Origin: Anaeromyxobacteraceae bacterium
GTDB lineage: Bacteria > Myxococcota > Myxococcia > Myxococcales > Anaeromyxobacteraceae
Direction of reading: 5' to 3'
DNA length: 64,000 nucleotides
Assembly: GCA_047602405.1 (NCBI GenBank)
Contig: JASGHJ010000001.1
Location: forward strand, 2,016,001-2,080,000
The notes beneath the pieces are model-generated. The model ran no database searches and was not told where the DNA came from. It saw only the letters and a list, made by a program, of their open reading frames with translations. The translations under genes and the position numbers were made by a program. Positions 10,033 through 19,789 of this stretch are shown here, in pieces; positions within the stretch are counted from its first letter, which is position 1; every line of letters begins with the position of its first letter.

Positions 10033-10982
10033 GGGGCCCGCTGGGACCCGGCGCGGGCACGCGGACCGGGCTCCTCCTCGCGGCCGCGCTCGCCGCCTCC
10101 TGCGGGCCGTCGCCGCCCCCGCCTCACGTCCGCGTCGTCGCCATCTCGCCCTCCGGCGCGGGCGTCCCGGTCGACGCGGTCGTGGAGGTCCGGTTCACGG
10201 GGCCCGTCGAGCCCGGCGCGCTCGCGCGCATCGCGCTCGTGCAGGCCGGCGAGCTCGCCGCCGCGCGGGCGGCGGTCGAGGCCGACGCGGGGTCCTCCTC
10301 GCTCACCGCCGGCGTCGCGCTCGAGGCCGCGCTGGTCGACGGCGGGCGCCGCGCGGTCCTCACGCCGGCGGGACCCCTCCGCGGCCGGGTCACCTACGCC
10401 GTCGTGGTCGCCGCGCGCCTGCGCGACCCCGAAGGTCGTCCCGTGCTCGACGCGAGCGGGAAGACCCGGGCCAGCGTCACCGAGTTCACCACCGCGAGGA
10501 CCCCCGGCCCACCGCCGGTGCCCGTGCTCACCGAGGTGCGCGCCGACGCCGACTCCCCGGAGGCCGGGGGCGAGTACGCCGAGGTCGCGAACCTCGGCGA
10601 CGGGGTCCTCGACCTCCTCGGCTGGCGCCTCGCGAAGCGCACCGCGTCCGGCGCGACCTCGTCCTGCGTGCTCGCGCCCGGCCCGGACGAGCTCGTGCCT
10701 CCCTTCGGCGTCGTGCTGGTCGCCGGCGGCGCGTGGGACGACCGGTACCCGCTCCCCGCGAGCGTCCCCGTCCTCCGCTGCGGCGCCTCCGCGCTCCTCG
10801 GCGGCCTCTCGAACGAGGCTCCACCCGCGCTCGCCCTCATCGACCCGGACGGCGCGGTCGCGACCACCCTCGGCGCCGGCGGCCCCGCGCCGGTCTGCCC
10901 GGAGGCCATCGTGCGCCTGGACCCCTGGGCCCCGGACCTGCCGTGGAACGTGGACTGCGACTCCGGGTCGCCGGGGTGGTGA
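10029..10982 (+). CDS. Lipoprotein with Ig-like and lamin-tail-like domains
   Basis: Lipobox ALAASC; VVAISP...VEVRF; LTEVRAD...GEYAEVANLG; GTG overlaps the upstream stop. Confidence 0.65.
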   Translation: MRGPLGPGAGTRTGLLLAAALAASCGPSPPPPHVRVVAISPSGAGVPVDAVVEVRFTGPVEPGALARIALVQAGELAAARAAVEADAGSSSLTAGVALEAALVDGGRRAVLTPAGPLRGRVTYAVVVAARLRDPEGRPVLDASGKTRASVTEFTTARTPGPPPVPVLTEVRADADSPEAGGEYAEVANLGDGVLDLLGWRLAKRTASGATSSCVLAPGPDELVPPFGVVLVAGGAWDDRYPLPASVPVLRCGASALLGGLSNEAPPALALIDPDGAVATTLGAGGPAPVCPEAIVRLDPWAPDLPWNVDCDSGSPGW

Positions 10983-11074
10983 GGGGGAGGGGTAAGGGAG
11001 AGGGGGTGCTCCGTTCACGCGGAGACGATCTCCGCATCCCATCCGGACCCTCGGTCCGGACAAGGCCGCTTCGA

Positions 11075-11764
11075 TCACGAATGCTCGACGATCCACTTCC
11101 CCAGGAGCTCGTCCTTGGGGATGAAGCCGTCGGCGCCGCACTCCTGCACGAGGCGCTCGACCTTCGCGCGGTCCTCGCCGGAGCAGAAGATCACCTTGAT
11201 CGACCGGAACATCTCGTTGCGCTTCACGAAGCGGCAGAACTGCGCACCGTCGACCTTCGGCATGTTCACGTCGAGGAGGATGAGCTCGGGGCGGGTCTGC
11301 CGGCGAAGGATGATCGTCGCGGCCTTCTCGGCGTCGGGCGCCCACTGCACGTCGAAGCCCTTCGCGGTGAGCTCGTCGGACAGGAGCCGCGCCACGACCT
11401 CCGAGTCGTCCACGATGAGCACGCGCCGCCGCTGGCCGATCGCCGCGACCAGCCGCTCGCCGATGTCCTCCTCGGGCGAGAGGGAGAGCACGCCGTCGAG
11501 CTCGAGCGCCTTCGCCTGCGCCCGGAGGTCCTCGTCGTCGCTGGTCCCGAGGAGCAGCGCACGTCCGGTGAAGCCGCGGTCGCGCAGGAGCCGCGAGGCC
11601 TTCTGGGCGAGGTTCGCGTCGACGAGCAGGGCGGACGCGACCGGGGCGCTGGCCGCGAGGGCGGCGGGCTCGCGCCCGGCATCGACCTCCACCCCGGAGG
11701 CGGTGAGGGCCAGGGCCGCGAGGTCGCGGACCAGATCGGAGTCGGTGCACACGATGACCTTCAT
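11075..11764 (-). CDS. frzZ: FrzZ-like tandem receiver protein (first domain degenerate)
   Basis: Divergent from the frzA-F operon; second domain VLIVDDS...LLDVNMP...FIPK. Confidence 0.75.
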   Translation of the reverse strand: MKVIVCTDSDLVRDLAALALTASGVEVDAGREPAALAASAPVASALLVDANLAQKASRLLRDRGFTGRALLLGTSDDEDLRAQAKALELDGVLSLSPEEDIGERLVAAIGQRRRVLIVDDSEVVARLLSDELTAKGFDVQWAPDAEKAATIILRRQTRPELILLDVNMPKVDGAQFCRFVKRNEMFRSIKVIFCSGEDRAKVERLVQECGADGFIPKDELLGKWIVEHS

Positions 11765-11842
11765 CTCGATCGCTCACCCCGGAGATATCATGCAGCCGTC
11801 GGCTTGCTCCATGCGCGTGCCAGGGCTGATAATCGCGCCCCG

Positions 11843-12340
11843 ATGGCCGAGGCGCCCGTACCGAATCGCAAGGACCCGACCGCGGTCGACGCGTGGTTCT
11901 TCTGCATGCGTCTGCTGGGGGGCCGGTATGCGTTCGAGGCCCACCTCGTCACGGAGGTGGTGCGCCTCGGGCCGCTCACCCGCCTGCCCGCCGCCCCCTC
12001 CTTCCTGCCCGGCGTCTTCACGCACCGGGGCGAGGTACTGCCGGTCCTTGACGTGGGACAACTCGTCGGCCAGGCGTCGGTGACGCTGCGGCCCGCGACC
12101 CGCGCCGCGCTGGTCCAGTGCGGTCCCTGGAAGGTCGCGGTCGTCTCGGATGGGATCGAGGGGCTCGTCTCGATCCCGCGCAGGCTCCTGGAACCCGCCC
12201 CGGCCGAGTCGTCGGGGGTCGCCGAGTTCCTCTCGGGGGTCGGCCGCGACCGGCAGGGCTCGGTCGCCATCCTGGACCTCCCCAGGCTCGTCGAGGTCGC
12301 GCGCGCCCGCGCGGTCCCGGCCGGGGGCACCTCCGCGTGA
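11843..12340 (+). CDS. frzA: CheW-like FrzA
   Basis: LTRLPAAPSFLPGVFTHRGEVLPVLD; first gene of frz order. Confidence 0.85.
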   Translation: MAEAPVPNRKDPTAVDAWFFCMRLLGGRYAFEAHLVTEVVRLGPLTRLPAAPSFLPGVFTHRGEVLPVLDVGQLVGQASVTLRPATRAALVQCGPWKVAVVSDGIEGLVSIPRRLLEPAPAESSGVAEFLSGVGRDRQGSVAILDLPRLVEVARARAVPAGGTSA

Positions 12341-12723
12341 CCGGCCCGAGGGACCTCCTCCTGTTCCAGGTGGGCCTGCGGATCTTCGCGACCGCCGTGG
12401 AGGACGCCGTGCGCATCGGCTCGGTGCGGGACAGCCCGGCCGACTCGCTGGTGCTCGACTCGGCGCTCGGCCGGCCGTTCTCCCGCGAGCGCGGCATCAT
12501 CGTCGCGGGCGAGCAGGATCACGAGGAGCACACGCTCGTCATCGACGAGGTGCTCGGCGTGAGGCACGTCGGCGACCACGAGCTGAAGCCGCTCCCCGCC
12601 TTCGCCGAGGCCTGTCTCGGCCTGGGCGCCGTCCGCGGCTTCGTGCTCCTCGACGAGTCCCCGCTGCCCATCGTCGACCTCCCCACCGTGGTGCGCGAGC
12701 GCCTCGTCGCGGCCCACCCCTAG
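12337..12723 (+). CDS. frzB: CheW-like FrzB
   Basis: LLLFQVG...LVIDEVLGV...PIVDLP; GTGA overlap with frzA. Confidence 0.75.
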   Translation: MTGPRDLLLFQVGLRIFATAVEDAVRIGSVRDSPADSLVLDSALGRPFSRERGIIVAGEQDHEEHTLVIDEVLGVRHVGDHELKPLPAFAEACLGLGAVRGFVLLDESPLPIVDLPTVVRERLVAAHP

Positions 12724-12753
12724 TCTCGAAGAGACGCAGCTCGGAGAAAGACC

Positions 12754-13671
12754 ATGCAGAAGCCCACCACCGCGAAGAGGAAGGCCGCGCCCCCCCGCAC
12801 GAACGGCGCGAAGGGGACCGTGGCCGGCGAGTTCGTCCAGGAGATCCGCGAGGCGGCCCTCCAGCTCTCGTCCTCGTCGACCGAGGTGCTGGCCGCCGCC
12901 ACCCAGAACGAGTCCTCCACGGCGACCCAGGCCTCGGCCATCCACGAGACCACCGCGACCATGGAGGAGCTGAAGGGCGCCTCGCACCAGATCGCCGAGA
13001 ACGCCCAGATGGTCGCGTCGATCGCCGAGCAGACGCTGGCCGGCGCGAAGCAGGGCGAGGGCGCCATCAAGCTCTTCATGGGCTCGATGGAGAAGGTCCG
13101 GCACAACGCCGTCGAGGTCGACGACGCGATCGCCAAGCTCTCGAAGCGCGTCGAGCGCATCGGCACCGTGGTGGACGTGATCGACGAGATCGCCGACCGC
13201 TCCGACCTGCTCGCCCTCAACGCCGCGCTCGAGGGCGCGAAGGCGGGCGAGGCGGGCCGCGGGTTCTCGATCGTCGCCGCCGAGATGCGGCGCCTCGCCG
13301 AGAACGTCATGGAGTCGACCAAGGAGATCAAGAACCTCATCACCGAGATCCGGGAGGCGACCCACGCCGCGAAGGAGGCCTCCGACGGCAACAAGCGCGA
13401 GGCGGCCGAGGGCGAGAAGGTGGGCAACACCGCCATGCAGAGCGTCTCGGGGCTGCTCTCCGGCATCCAGGAGACGAGCGACGCCGCGCGCGTGATCCAC
13501 CTCGCGACCCAGCAGCAGCGCACCGCGACCGAGCAGGTCGTGCAGTCGATGTCGGAGATCGAGGAGGTCACCCGCCAGGCGCAGACCGGGTCGAAGCAGG
13601 CCACCGGCGCGGCGGCCGAGCTCACGAAGCTCGCCGAGCACCTCGCCGATCTCGTGCAGCGGTTCAAGTAG
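12754..13671 (+). CDS. frzCD: Cytoplasmic MCP FrzCD
   Basis: IADRSDLLALNAALEGAKAGEAGRGFSIVAAEMRRLAE; no TM helices; basic N-terminus. Confidence 0.9.
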   Translation: MQKPTTAKRKAAPPRTNGAKGTVAGEFVQEIREAALQLSSSSTEVLAAATQNESSTATQASAIHETTATMEELKGASHQIAENAQMVASIAEQTLAGAKQGEGAIKLFMGSMEKVRHNAVEVDDAIAKLSKRVERIGTVVDVIDEIADRSDLLALNAALEGAKAGEAGRGFSIVAAEMRRLAENVMESTKEIKNLITEIREATHAAKEASDGNKREAAEGEKVGNTAMQSVSGLLSGIQETSDAARVIHLATQQQRTATEQVVQSMSEIEEVTRQAQTGSKQATGAAAELTKLAEHLADLVQRFK

Positions 13672-13698
13672 CCGGCCGGACGGGGCCTGGGGGGAGAA

Positions 13699-15954
13699 GT
13701 GTCCGCGTCCGACGAGATCCGCCAGAAGCTCCTGCCGCGCTTCCGCGAGACCACCGCGGACCGGCTCGAGCGCATCTCGGCCCAGCTGCTCGCGCTCGAG
13801 CGGGGCACGGCCTCGGCGGACTCGCGCGAGGAGCTCGCCCGCGAGCTGCACACGCTGAAGGGCGAGGCGAACGCCATGGGGTTCCGCGGCATGGCGACCG
13901 TCGTGCACGCGGCGGAGGACCTGCTGCGCGGCCTCGGGCCGGACCAGCCCGCGCGGATCCAGGCGCTGCTCGAGGCCTGCGACGCGATCCCGCCGATGCT
14001 CGACGCGCCACCCGCGGGAGACGAGGCCGCGGCGAAGCTCGCGACCGCCCTGCGCGCGCTGCTCCCGCCGAAGCCGGCCGCCGCCCCGGCCGCGCCCGCT
14101 CCTTCCGCCGCCCCGGCGCCCGCCGGCACCCCGCCCGCCGCCACCCCGGCCGCGCCCGCCGCCACCCCGGCCGCGCCCGCCGCCACCCCCGCGGCACCGG
14201 CCCCCCCGAGGCCGCGCTCCGAGCCGCGGCTCGACGTCGCCGCCCGCACCACCTCCATCCGCGTCGACGTCGACCGCCTCGACGAGATTGCGGCCCTCGC
14301 CGGCGACGTCCTCGTCGAGGGCGAGCGGGCGCTGCGCCGCTCGCGCGAGCTCAACGCGCTCTTCGCCCGCTGGGCCCGGGTCTCCGATCGCGTGATGGCC
14401 GTCGCCGAGCGCGTCCGGGACCCGCGCACGGCCCGGCTCGTCGAGCAGCTCGAGGGCGACGTCCACCTCCTGCGCTCGGACACCTTCCGCTTCGTGCGCT
14501 CGCACACCGAGGCCTCCTCCTCGGCGCAGGCGCAGTTCTCGATCCTCGCCGACCACATCGGCTCGGCGCGGCTCATCCCGCTCTCCGGCGTCCTCGCCGC
14601 GTTCCCGCGCGCGGCGCGCGACATGGCCCGCGAGCAGGGGAAGGAGCTCGAGGTCGTCGTGCACGGCGGCGAGACCGGGGTCGACAAGGCGATCCTGCTC
14701 TCGCTGAACGACCCGCTCGTGCACCTCGTCCGCAACGCGGTCGACCACGGGGTCGAGACGCCCGAGGAGCGCGAGAAGGCCGGCAAGCCCCGCATGGCGC
14801 GCATCCAGCTCACCGCCGGCGCCGACGGCGACATGCTCGCCATCTCGGTCACCGACGACGGCCGCGGCATCGATCCCGCCCGCGTGCGGGCCGCGGCGGT
14901 CGCGAAGGGGCTCGTCACCGAGGTGCAGGCCGCGGGGCTCTCCGATCGCGCCGCGCTCGAGCTCGTGTTCACGCCCGGGTTCTCGACCCGCGACGAGCCC
15001 GGCGAGACGAGCGGCCGCGGCATCGGCCTCGACGTGGTGCGCAAGCGCGTCACCTCCTTCGGCGGCTCGGTCGCGATCGAGTCCGTGAAGTGGCAGGGCA
15101 CGACCTTCACGCTGCGGATGCCGCAGTCGCTGACCCTCATGAAGGCGCTCCTCGTGCGCATCGACGAGGACGTCTACGGGCTCCCGGCGGCCGACGTCGA
15201 GGCGGTGGGCCGCCTCGAGCCCCGCGAGATCCAGGAGGTGGCCGGCATCCGGGCGGTGCGCTGGCGCCAGCGGCTCCTGCCGGTGGTGGCGCTCGGGCCG
15301 CTCCTCTCGCTCAACGGCGGACCCCGCTCCGCGCGGCCGCACGTGGTCTACGTCTCCCACGGCCAGGACGCCGGGGCGGCGGTGGTGGTCGACGGGCTCT
15401 ACGGCGAGCGCGAGGTGGCGGTGAAGGCGCCCGGCGCGTTCCTGAAGGGCATGCGCTTCGTCACCGGCGCGGCCGCGCTCGAGGACGGGCGCGTGGCGCT
15501 CCTCCTCTCCGTGGCCGACCTCGTGGGCTCGGCGCGCCGGCTCGGGTTCCCGGCCGCGCCCCGTGGCCGCGAGCGGCGGCGCCTGCGGATCCTGCTCGTC
15601 GACGACAGCGTCATCGCCCGCGAGGCCGAGGCCGCGCTGCTCCGCTCGCTCGGCCACGAGGTGGACGAGGCGGCCGACGGCGAGGACGGCTGGCAGCGCC
15701 TGCTCTCCGGCAACCACCAGGTCCTCGTCACCGACGTGCAGATGCCGGTGCTCGACGGCATCGACCTGACCCGCCGCGTGAAGGCGACGCCGCGGTTCTC
15801 GAAGCTGCCGGTCGTGATCATCTCCTCCCTCTCGGCGCCGGAGGAGCGGCGCCGCGGCGTGGACGCCGGCGCCGACGCCTACGTCGTGAAGGGCGAGCTC
15901 GAGCCGGAGAAGCTCGCCGCGACGCTCGAGCGGCTCTGCGGGGTCGGCGGGTGA
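13699..15954 (+). CDS. frzE: CheA-CheY hybrid kinase FrzE
   Basis: Hpt RELHTLKG, HLVRNAVDHG, DDGRGID, GRGIGLD, CheW domain, C-terminal receiver. Confidence 0.93.
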   Translation: MSASDEIRQKLLPRFRETTADRLERISAQLLALERGTASADSREELARELHTLKGEANAMGFRGMATVVHAAEDLLRGLGPDQPARIQALLEACDAIPPMLDAPPAGDEAAAKLATALRALLPPKPAAAPAAPAPSAAPAPAGTPPAATPAAPAATPAAPAATPAAPAPPRPRSEPRLDVAARTTSIRVDVDRLDEIAALAGDVLVEGERALRRSRELNALFARWARVSDRVMAVAERVRDPRTARLVEQLEGDVHLLRSDTFRFVRSHTEASSSAQAQFSILADHIGSARLIPLSGVLAAFPRAARDMAREQGKELEVVVHGGETGVDKAILLSLNDPLVHLVRNAVDHGVETPEEREKAGKPRMARIQLTAGADGDMLAISVTDDGRGIDPARVRAAAVAKGLVTEVQAAGLSDRAALELVFTPGFSTRDEPGETSGRGIGLDVVRKRVTSFGGSVAIESVKWQGTTFTLRMPQSLTLMKALLVRIDEDVYGLPAADVEAVGRLEPREIQEVAGIRAVRWRQRLLPVVALGPLLSLNGGPRSARPHVVYVSHGQDAGAAVVVDGLYGEREVAVKAPGAFLKGMRFVTGAAALEDGRVALLLSVADLVGSARRLGFPAAPRGRERRRLRILLVDDSVIAREAEAALLRSLGHEVDEAADGEDGWQRLLSGNHQVLVTDVQMPVLDGIDLTRRVKATPRFSKLPVVIISSLSAPEERRRGVDAGADAYVVKGELEPEKLAATLERLCGVGG
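14134..14189 (+). repeat. 21-bp tandem repeat encoding the PAATPAA linker of FrzE
   Basis: CCCGCCGCCACCCCGGCCGCG twice plus a partial third copy. Confidence 0.85.
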
Positions 15955-16976
15955 GCCCGCTCGCGGACGACCGGCCGGTCCGCGTGCTCATCGCGGACGA
16001 CTCGGAGCTCTTCCGCGAGATCCTGGCCGGGCTGGTGCGGGCCGAGCCGGGGCTGCAGGTGGTGGGGACCGTCCGGGACGGCGACGCCGCGGCCGAGGCG
16101 GTCGCGCGCGTGAAGCCCGACGTCATCACGATGGACCTCGTGATGCCGGAGGTCGACGGCTTCGCCGGCATCGCGCGGATCATGGCCGAGCACCCGACCC
16201 CGATCCTGGTGCTCTCCGCGGCGCGGGAGGAGTCGGTCGGCTTCCGGGCGCTCTCGCTCGGCGCGCTCGACATCCTCGAGAAGCCCGGCGCGCGCACCGA
16301 CCTCGACGAGTTCGGGAAGAAGCTCCGCTCCCGCCTGAAGCTCCTCGCGGGCGTGCGCGTCATCCGCCACCCGCGCGGCCTGCGCGGGCAGGGCACCGCC
16401 CCGCCGGCGCGCGCGCGCCGGGCCGAGCTCGTCGCGATCGGCGCCTCGCTCGGCGGACCGCGGGCGCTCGCCTCGATCCTCCGGGCCCTGCCCGCCGGCT
16501 TCCCCTCCGCGATCGCCGTCGTGCAGCACATCGCCGACGGCTTCACCGAGGGGCTCGCGGGCTGGCTCGCGAGCGAGGCCCGGCTGCAGGTGCGGGAGGC
16601 GCGCGAGGGCGACCCGATCCGCCCGGGCACGGTGTCCATCGCGCCCACCGGGAGCCACCTCGTCGTGGAGGAGGGCTGCTACCGGCTCTCCGACGCCGCG
16701 CCGGTCGACACCTTCAAGCCCTCGGTCACCCCGCTCCTCGCCACCGCCGCCCGCGCCTACGGCGACCGGGTGTGTGGCGTGCTGCTCACCGGCATGGGGC
16801 GCGACGGCGCCGCGGGCCTGAAGGCCATCCGCGACGCGGGCGGCACCACGCTCGCGCAGGACGAGGCGACGAGCACGGTGTTCGGCATGCCGCGCGCCGC
16901 GATCGAGCTCGACGCCGTCGACCGGGTGCTGCCGCTCGACGAGATCCCCCGCGTGCTCACGGAGCTCACCCGATGA
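15951..16976 (+). CDS. frzG: CheB-type methylesterase FrzG
   Basis: Receiver plus GASLGGP, VVQHI, LLTGMGRDG. Confidence 0.9.
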   Translation: MSPLADDRPVRVLIADDSELFREILAGLVRAEPGLQVVGTVRDGDAAAEAVARVKPDVITMDLVMPEVDGFAGIARIMAEHPTPILVLSAAREESVGFRALSLGALDILEKPGARTDLDEFGKKLRSRLKLLAGVRVIRHPRGLRGQGTAPPARARRAELVAIGASLGGPRALASILRALPAGFPSAIAVVQHIADGFTEGLAGWLASEARLQVREAREGDPIRPGTVSIAPTGSHLVVEEGCYRLSDAAPVDTFKPSVTPLLATAARAYGDRVCGVLLTGMGRDGAAGLKAIRDAGGTTLAQDEATSTVFGMPRAAIELDAVDRVLPLDEIPRVLTELTR

Positions 16977-18529
16977 ACCGCGTCTCCGAGCCCGTGCTCG
17001 CGGACCTGGCGGCGCTCCTCAAGGAGCGGGTGGGCCTGAACGTGCGCGCCGACGGCCACGCGGCGCTCCGGCTCGCGGTGGTCGCGCGGCTCGACGAGCT
17101 GCCGGACGTGCGGGACGGCGCCGCCTACCACGACGTGCTGCGCGGCGCCGGCGGCGACGACGAGCTCCGGCGGCTCCTGCCGCTCGTGACCGTGGGGAAG
17201 ACGAGCTTCTTCCGGGACGAGCGGCAGTTCGGCGCGCTCGAGGCGCTCCTCCCGAAGCTGCTCGCGCGCCCGCGCGGCGGCGGCCGGCGGGTCGCGATCT
17301 GGTCGGCGGGCTGCGCGACCGGCGAGGAGCCGTACTCGATCGCGATGGCGTGCGCCGAGGCCGGCGCCGAGCCGGAGCACGTCGAGCTCGTCGCGACCGA
17401 CGTGAACCCCGAGGCGGTCGCCCACGCGCTGCGGGGCGAGTACGAGGCCCGCCGCCTGCGCGAGGTCCCGGAGCGGATCCGCGAGACGTACTTCGAGGTG
17501 AGCGGCGAGCGGCCCCACGTGCGCCCGCTGCTCCGCCGCTACGTGACGGCGATCCGCGCGCACAACCTCGTCTCGGCCTCGTTCCCGCGCCCGAGCGACG
17601 GCGGCGGCTGGGACGTCATCTTCTGCCGCAACGTCATCATCTACTTCGATACCGCGACCACCCAGCAGGTGCTGACGCTCTTCCACGGCAACCTCTCGCC
17701 GGGCGGGTACCTGTTCCTCGGCTACTCCGAGTCGCTCTTCCGGCTCTTCGAGGGGTTCGAGCTCACCGAGGTGGCCGGCGCGTTCCTGTACCGCCGCCCC
17801 GAGGTGCGGATGACGCCGCTGCCGGTCCGCCGGCCGGTGCGCCCGCAGGTCCCCATCCCCGAGTCGCCGCCGCGGGTCGCGCACGTGGACACCGCGGCCG
17901 ACTTGCCCGGGGGGGCTCGTCCCTCGACCTCGCCGCTGCGCGGCCACGCTCGGGATGAGCGGACCCTCCCCACCCCCGGCAGCGCTCCCACCCCGGCGCC
18001 GAGGAGCCCGCCCTTCGCCCCGCAGGAGTTCCTCGACGGCGCCATCGCGCTCTTCGCCGACGGCCGCTTCGGCGCGGCGCGGGAGCTCCTCGAGCGCTGG
18101 ATCGAGAAGGGCGGCGAGGACCTCGCGGTGCGCCTCACGCTCGCGAACCTCTACGGCATCCTCCGCCAGCCCGGCGAGGCGCGCGCCTGCTACGAGAAGG
18201 CGCTCGCGCTCGAGCCGCTCTCGGCCGAGGCCCACCTCTTCTACGGCATCCACCTCGTCTCCACGGCCGACCACGAGGCCGCCGCCCGGGAGCTCGCCCG
18301 CGCGCTCTTCCTCGACCCCGACCTCGCGCTCGCGCACTACTACCTCGGCCGGTGCCGCGAGGCGCAGCGCGACCCCGACCGGGCGCGGCTCGCCTACCGG
18401 AACGCGCTCGAGGCGTACCGGCGGAGGCCGGACGGCAAGCGGCAGGTGTTCCTGGGCTACTATCCCGACATCCCGGAGGACGGCGGCGCCTTCGCGCGCG
18501 CCGCCGAGTACGCGCTCGCGGCGCTCTAG
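16973..18529 (+). CDS. frzF: CheR plus TPR methyltransferase FrzF
   Basis: KTSFFRD, WSAGCATGEEPYS, IFCRNVIIYF, C-terminal TPRs. Confidence 0.9.
   Translation: MNRVSEPVLADLAALLKERVGLNVRADGHAALRLAVVARLDELPDVRDGAAYHDVLRGAGGDDELRRLLPLVTVGKTSFFRDERQFGALEALLPKLLARPRGGGRRVAIWSAGCATGEEPYSIAMACAEAGAEPEHVELVATDVNPEAVAHALRGEYEARRLREVPERIRETYFEVSGERPHVRPLLRRYVTAIRAHNLVSASFPRPSDGGGWDVIFCRNVIIYFDTATTQQVLTLFHGNLSPGGYLFLGYSESLFRLFEGFELTEVAGAFLYRRPEVRMTPLPVRRPVRPQVPIPESPPRVAHVDTAADLPGGARPSTSPLRGHARDERTLPTPGSAPTPAPRSPPFAPQEFLDGAIALFADGRFGAARELLERWIEKGGEDLAVRLTLANLYGILRQPGEARACYEKALALEPLSAEAHLFYGIHLVSTADHEAAARELARALFLDPDLALAHYYLGRCREAQRDPDRARLAYRNALEAYRRRPDGKRQVFLGYYPDIPEDGGAFARAAEYALAAL
17919..17963 (+). repeat. 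Intragenic palindromic (REP-like) element, copy A, in frzF
   Basis: GTCCCTCGAC...CCGCTGCGCGG...ACGCTCGGGATGAGCGGA; related copy at 25050-25100. Confidence 0.7.
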
Positions 18530-18537
18530 GCAGGGAA

Positions 18538-18924
18538 ATGAACGAGAAGAAGAAACGCATCCTCCTCCTCGACGACTCGCCCATCACGCTCGAGATGGAG
18601 CGCTCGGTGCTCGAGGAGCGCGGCTACACCGTGGCGACCGCGACGAACCTCCTCGAGTTCCAGGCGGCCCTCGACGCCTTCCAGCCCGAGATCATCCTCA
18701 CCGACCTCGTGATGCCGGACATCAGCGGCAAGGACATCGTCCGGGTGCTGAAGCAGGACTTCCACACCGAGCGCATCCCGATCATCATCTTCAGCTCCAA
18801 GCCGGACGACGAGCTCGCCGACGCGGCGGAGCAGGTCGGGGCCGACGGGTTCCTGTCGAAGAGCCACGGGATCGACAAGCTCGGCGACATGGTGGACGAG
18901 ATCGTCGAGTCGATCCTCTGGTAA
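18538..18924 (+). CDS. Single-domain response regulator at the end of the frz operon
   Basis: ILLLDDS, ILTDLVMPD, IFSS, FLSK. Confidence 0.9.
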   Translation: MNEKKKRILLLDDSPITLEMERSVLEERGYTVATATNLLEFQAALDAFQPEIILTDLVMPDISGKDIVRVLKQDFHTERIPIIIFSSKPDDELADAAEQVGADGFLSKSHGIDKLGDMVDEIVESILW

Positions 18925-18934
18925 CCCGCGGCGA

Positions 18935-19690
18935 TCAGGCGGCGCGGGCGCCGCGCCCCAGCCCGCCGATCGAGACGTCCCGGCCGAGCAGCATGTCCTT
19001 CATGCGCCGGCTGCCGCCCTCGTAGAAGCCGGCCTCCGCCGGCGCCTCGGCCGGGTTCGAGAACGTCCCGAACACCTGGTCCCACAGCGAGAGGTTGCCG
19101 AAGTTGCCGGTGTGCACGCCGCGGGCGTGGTGCACGCCGTGGTTCTCGGGGCGCTGCACGAACCAGCCGAGCCAGCGCGGCGTGCGCAGGTTCGCGTGCT
19201 GGAACCACGCGAGCGTGAACGAGACGGCGCCGACGAGCCCGGCGGCCTCCGGGGTGAGGCCGAGCAGCGCGCCGGAGACCAGGAGCGAGAGGCCGATCTG
19301 CAGCAGCATCTCGTTCGGGTGGAAGAAGAACGCGCCGTAGGTGTCGAACCGCTCCGCCGAGTGGTGGACCTGGTGCACCCAGCGCCAGAGGAAGCTCACC
19401 TCGTGGCAGGCGCGGTGCACGCCGTAGGCGGCGAGCTCGGAGACGAGGAGCCCCAGCGCGAGGCCACCCCAGGTGCCGAGGGCCGCGCCGTGGAACAGGG
19501 AGCGCTCGCCCAGGAGCGGGGCGGCCGCGGCGGGGATCACCACGTTGAGCACGAGGGCCAGCCCGGTGAACAGGAGCCCCTTCGCGCGCCACCGCGGGAC
19601 GGGCGCGTACCGCCGCGCGGGGCGGAGCGCGTCCTGCACGAGGAAGAGGACGAACGCCGCCAGGGTGACCAGCATCGCGAGCTCAGCCAT
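18935..19690 (-). CDS. Fatty acid hydroxylase / sterol desaturase family protein
   Basis: His boxes HRACH, HQVHH, HGVHH; NFGNLSLWD. Confidence 0.88.
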   Translation of the reverse strand: MAELAMLVTLAAFVLFLVQDALRPARRYAPVPRWRAKGLLFTGLALVLNVVIPAAAAPLLGERSLFHGAALGTWGGLALGLLVSELAAYGVHRACHEVSFLWRWVHQVHHSAERFDTYGAFFFHPNEMLLQIGLSLLVSGALLGLTPEAAGLVGAVSFTLAWFQHANLRTPRWLGWFVQRPENHGVHHARGVHTGNFGNLSLWDQVFGTFSNPAEAPAEAGFYEGGSRRMKDMLLGRDVSIGGLGRGARAA

Positions 19691-19789
19691 CTTCGAACCT
19701 CCGGTCGAGCGGGCCGGAGGATCCGGCACCGTCACCCCGGAGGCGTGACGGCGGGCGGAACGTCGTGACGCGACGGCGTCCCTTCGGGG

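Noticed and set aside
10983..11074. G-rich tract and hairpins between convergent genes as a third copy of the intragenic palindrome
   Set aside because: Similarity too weak; probably a terminator region
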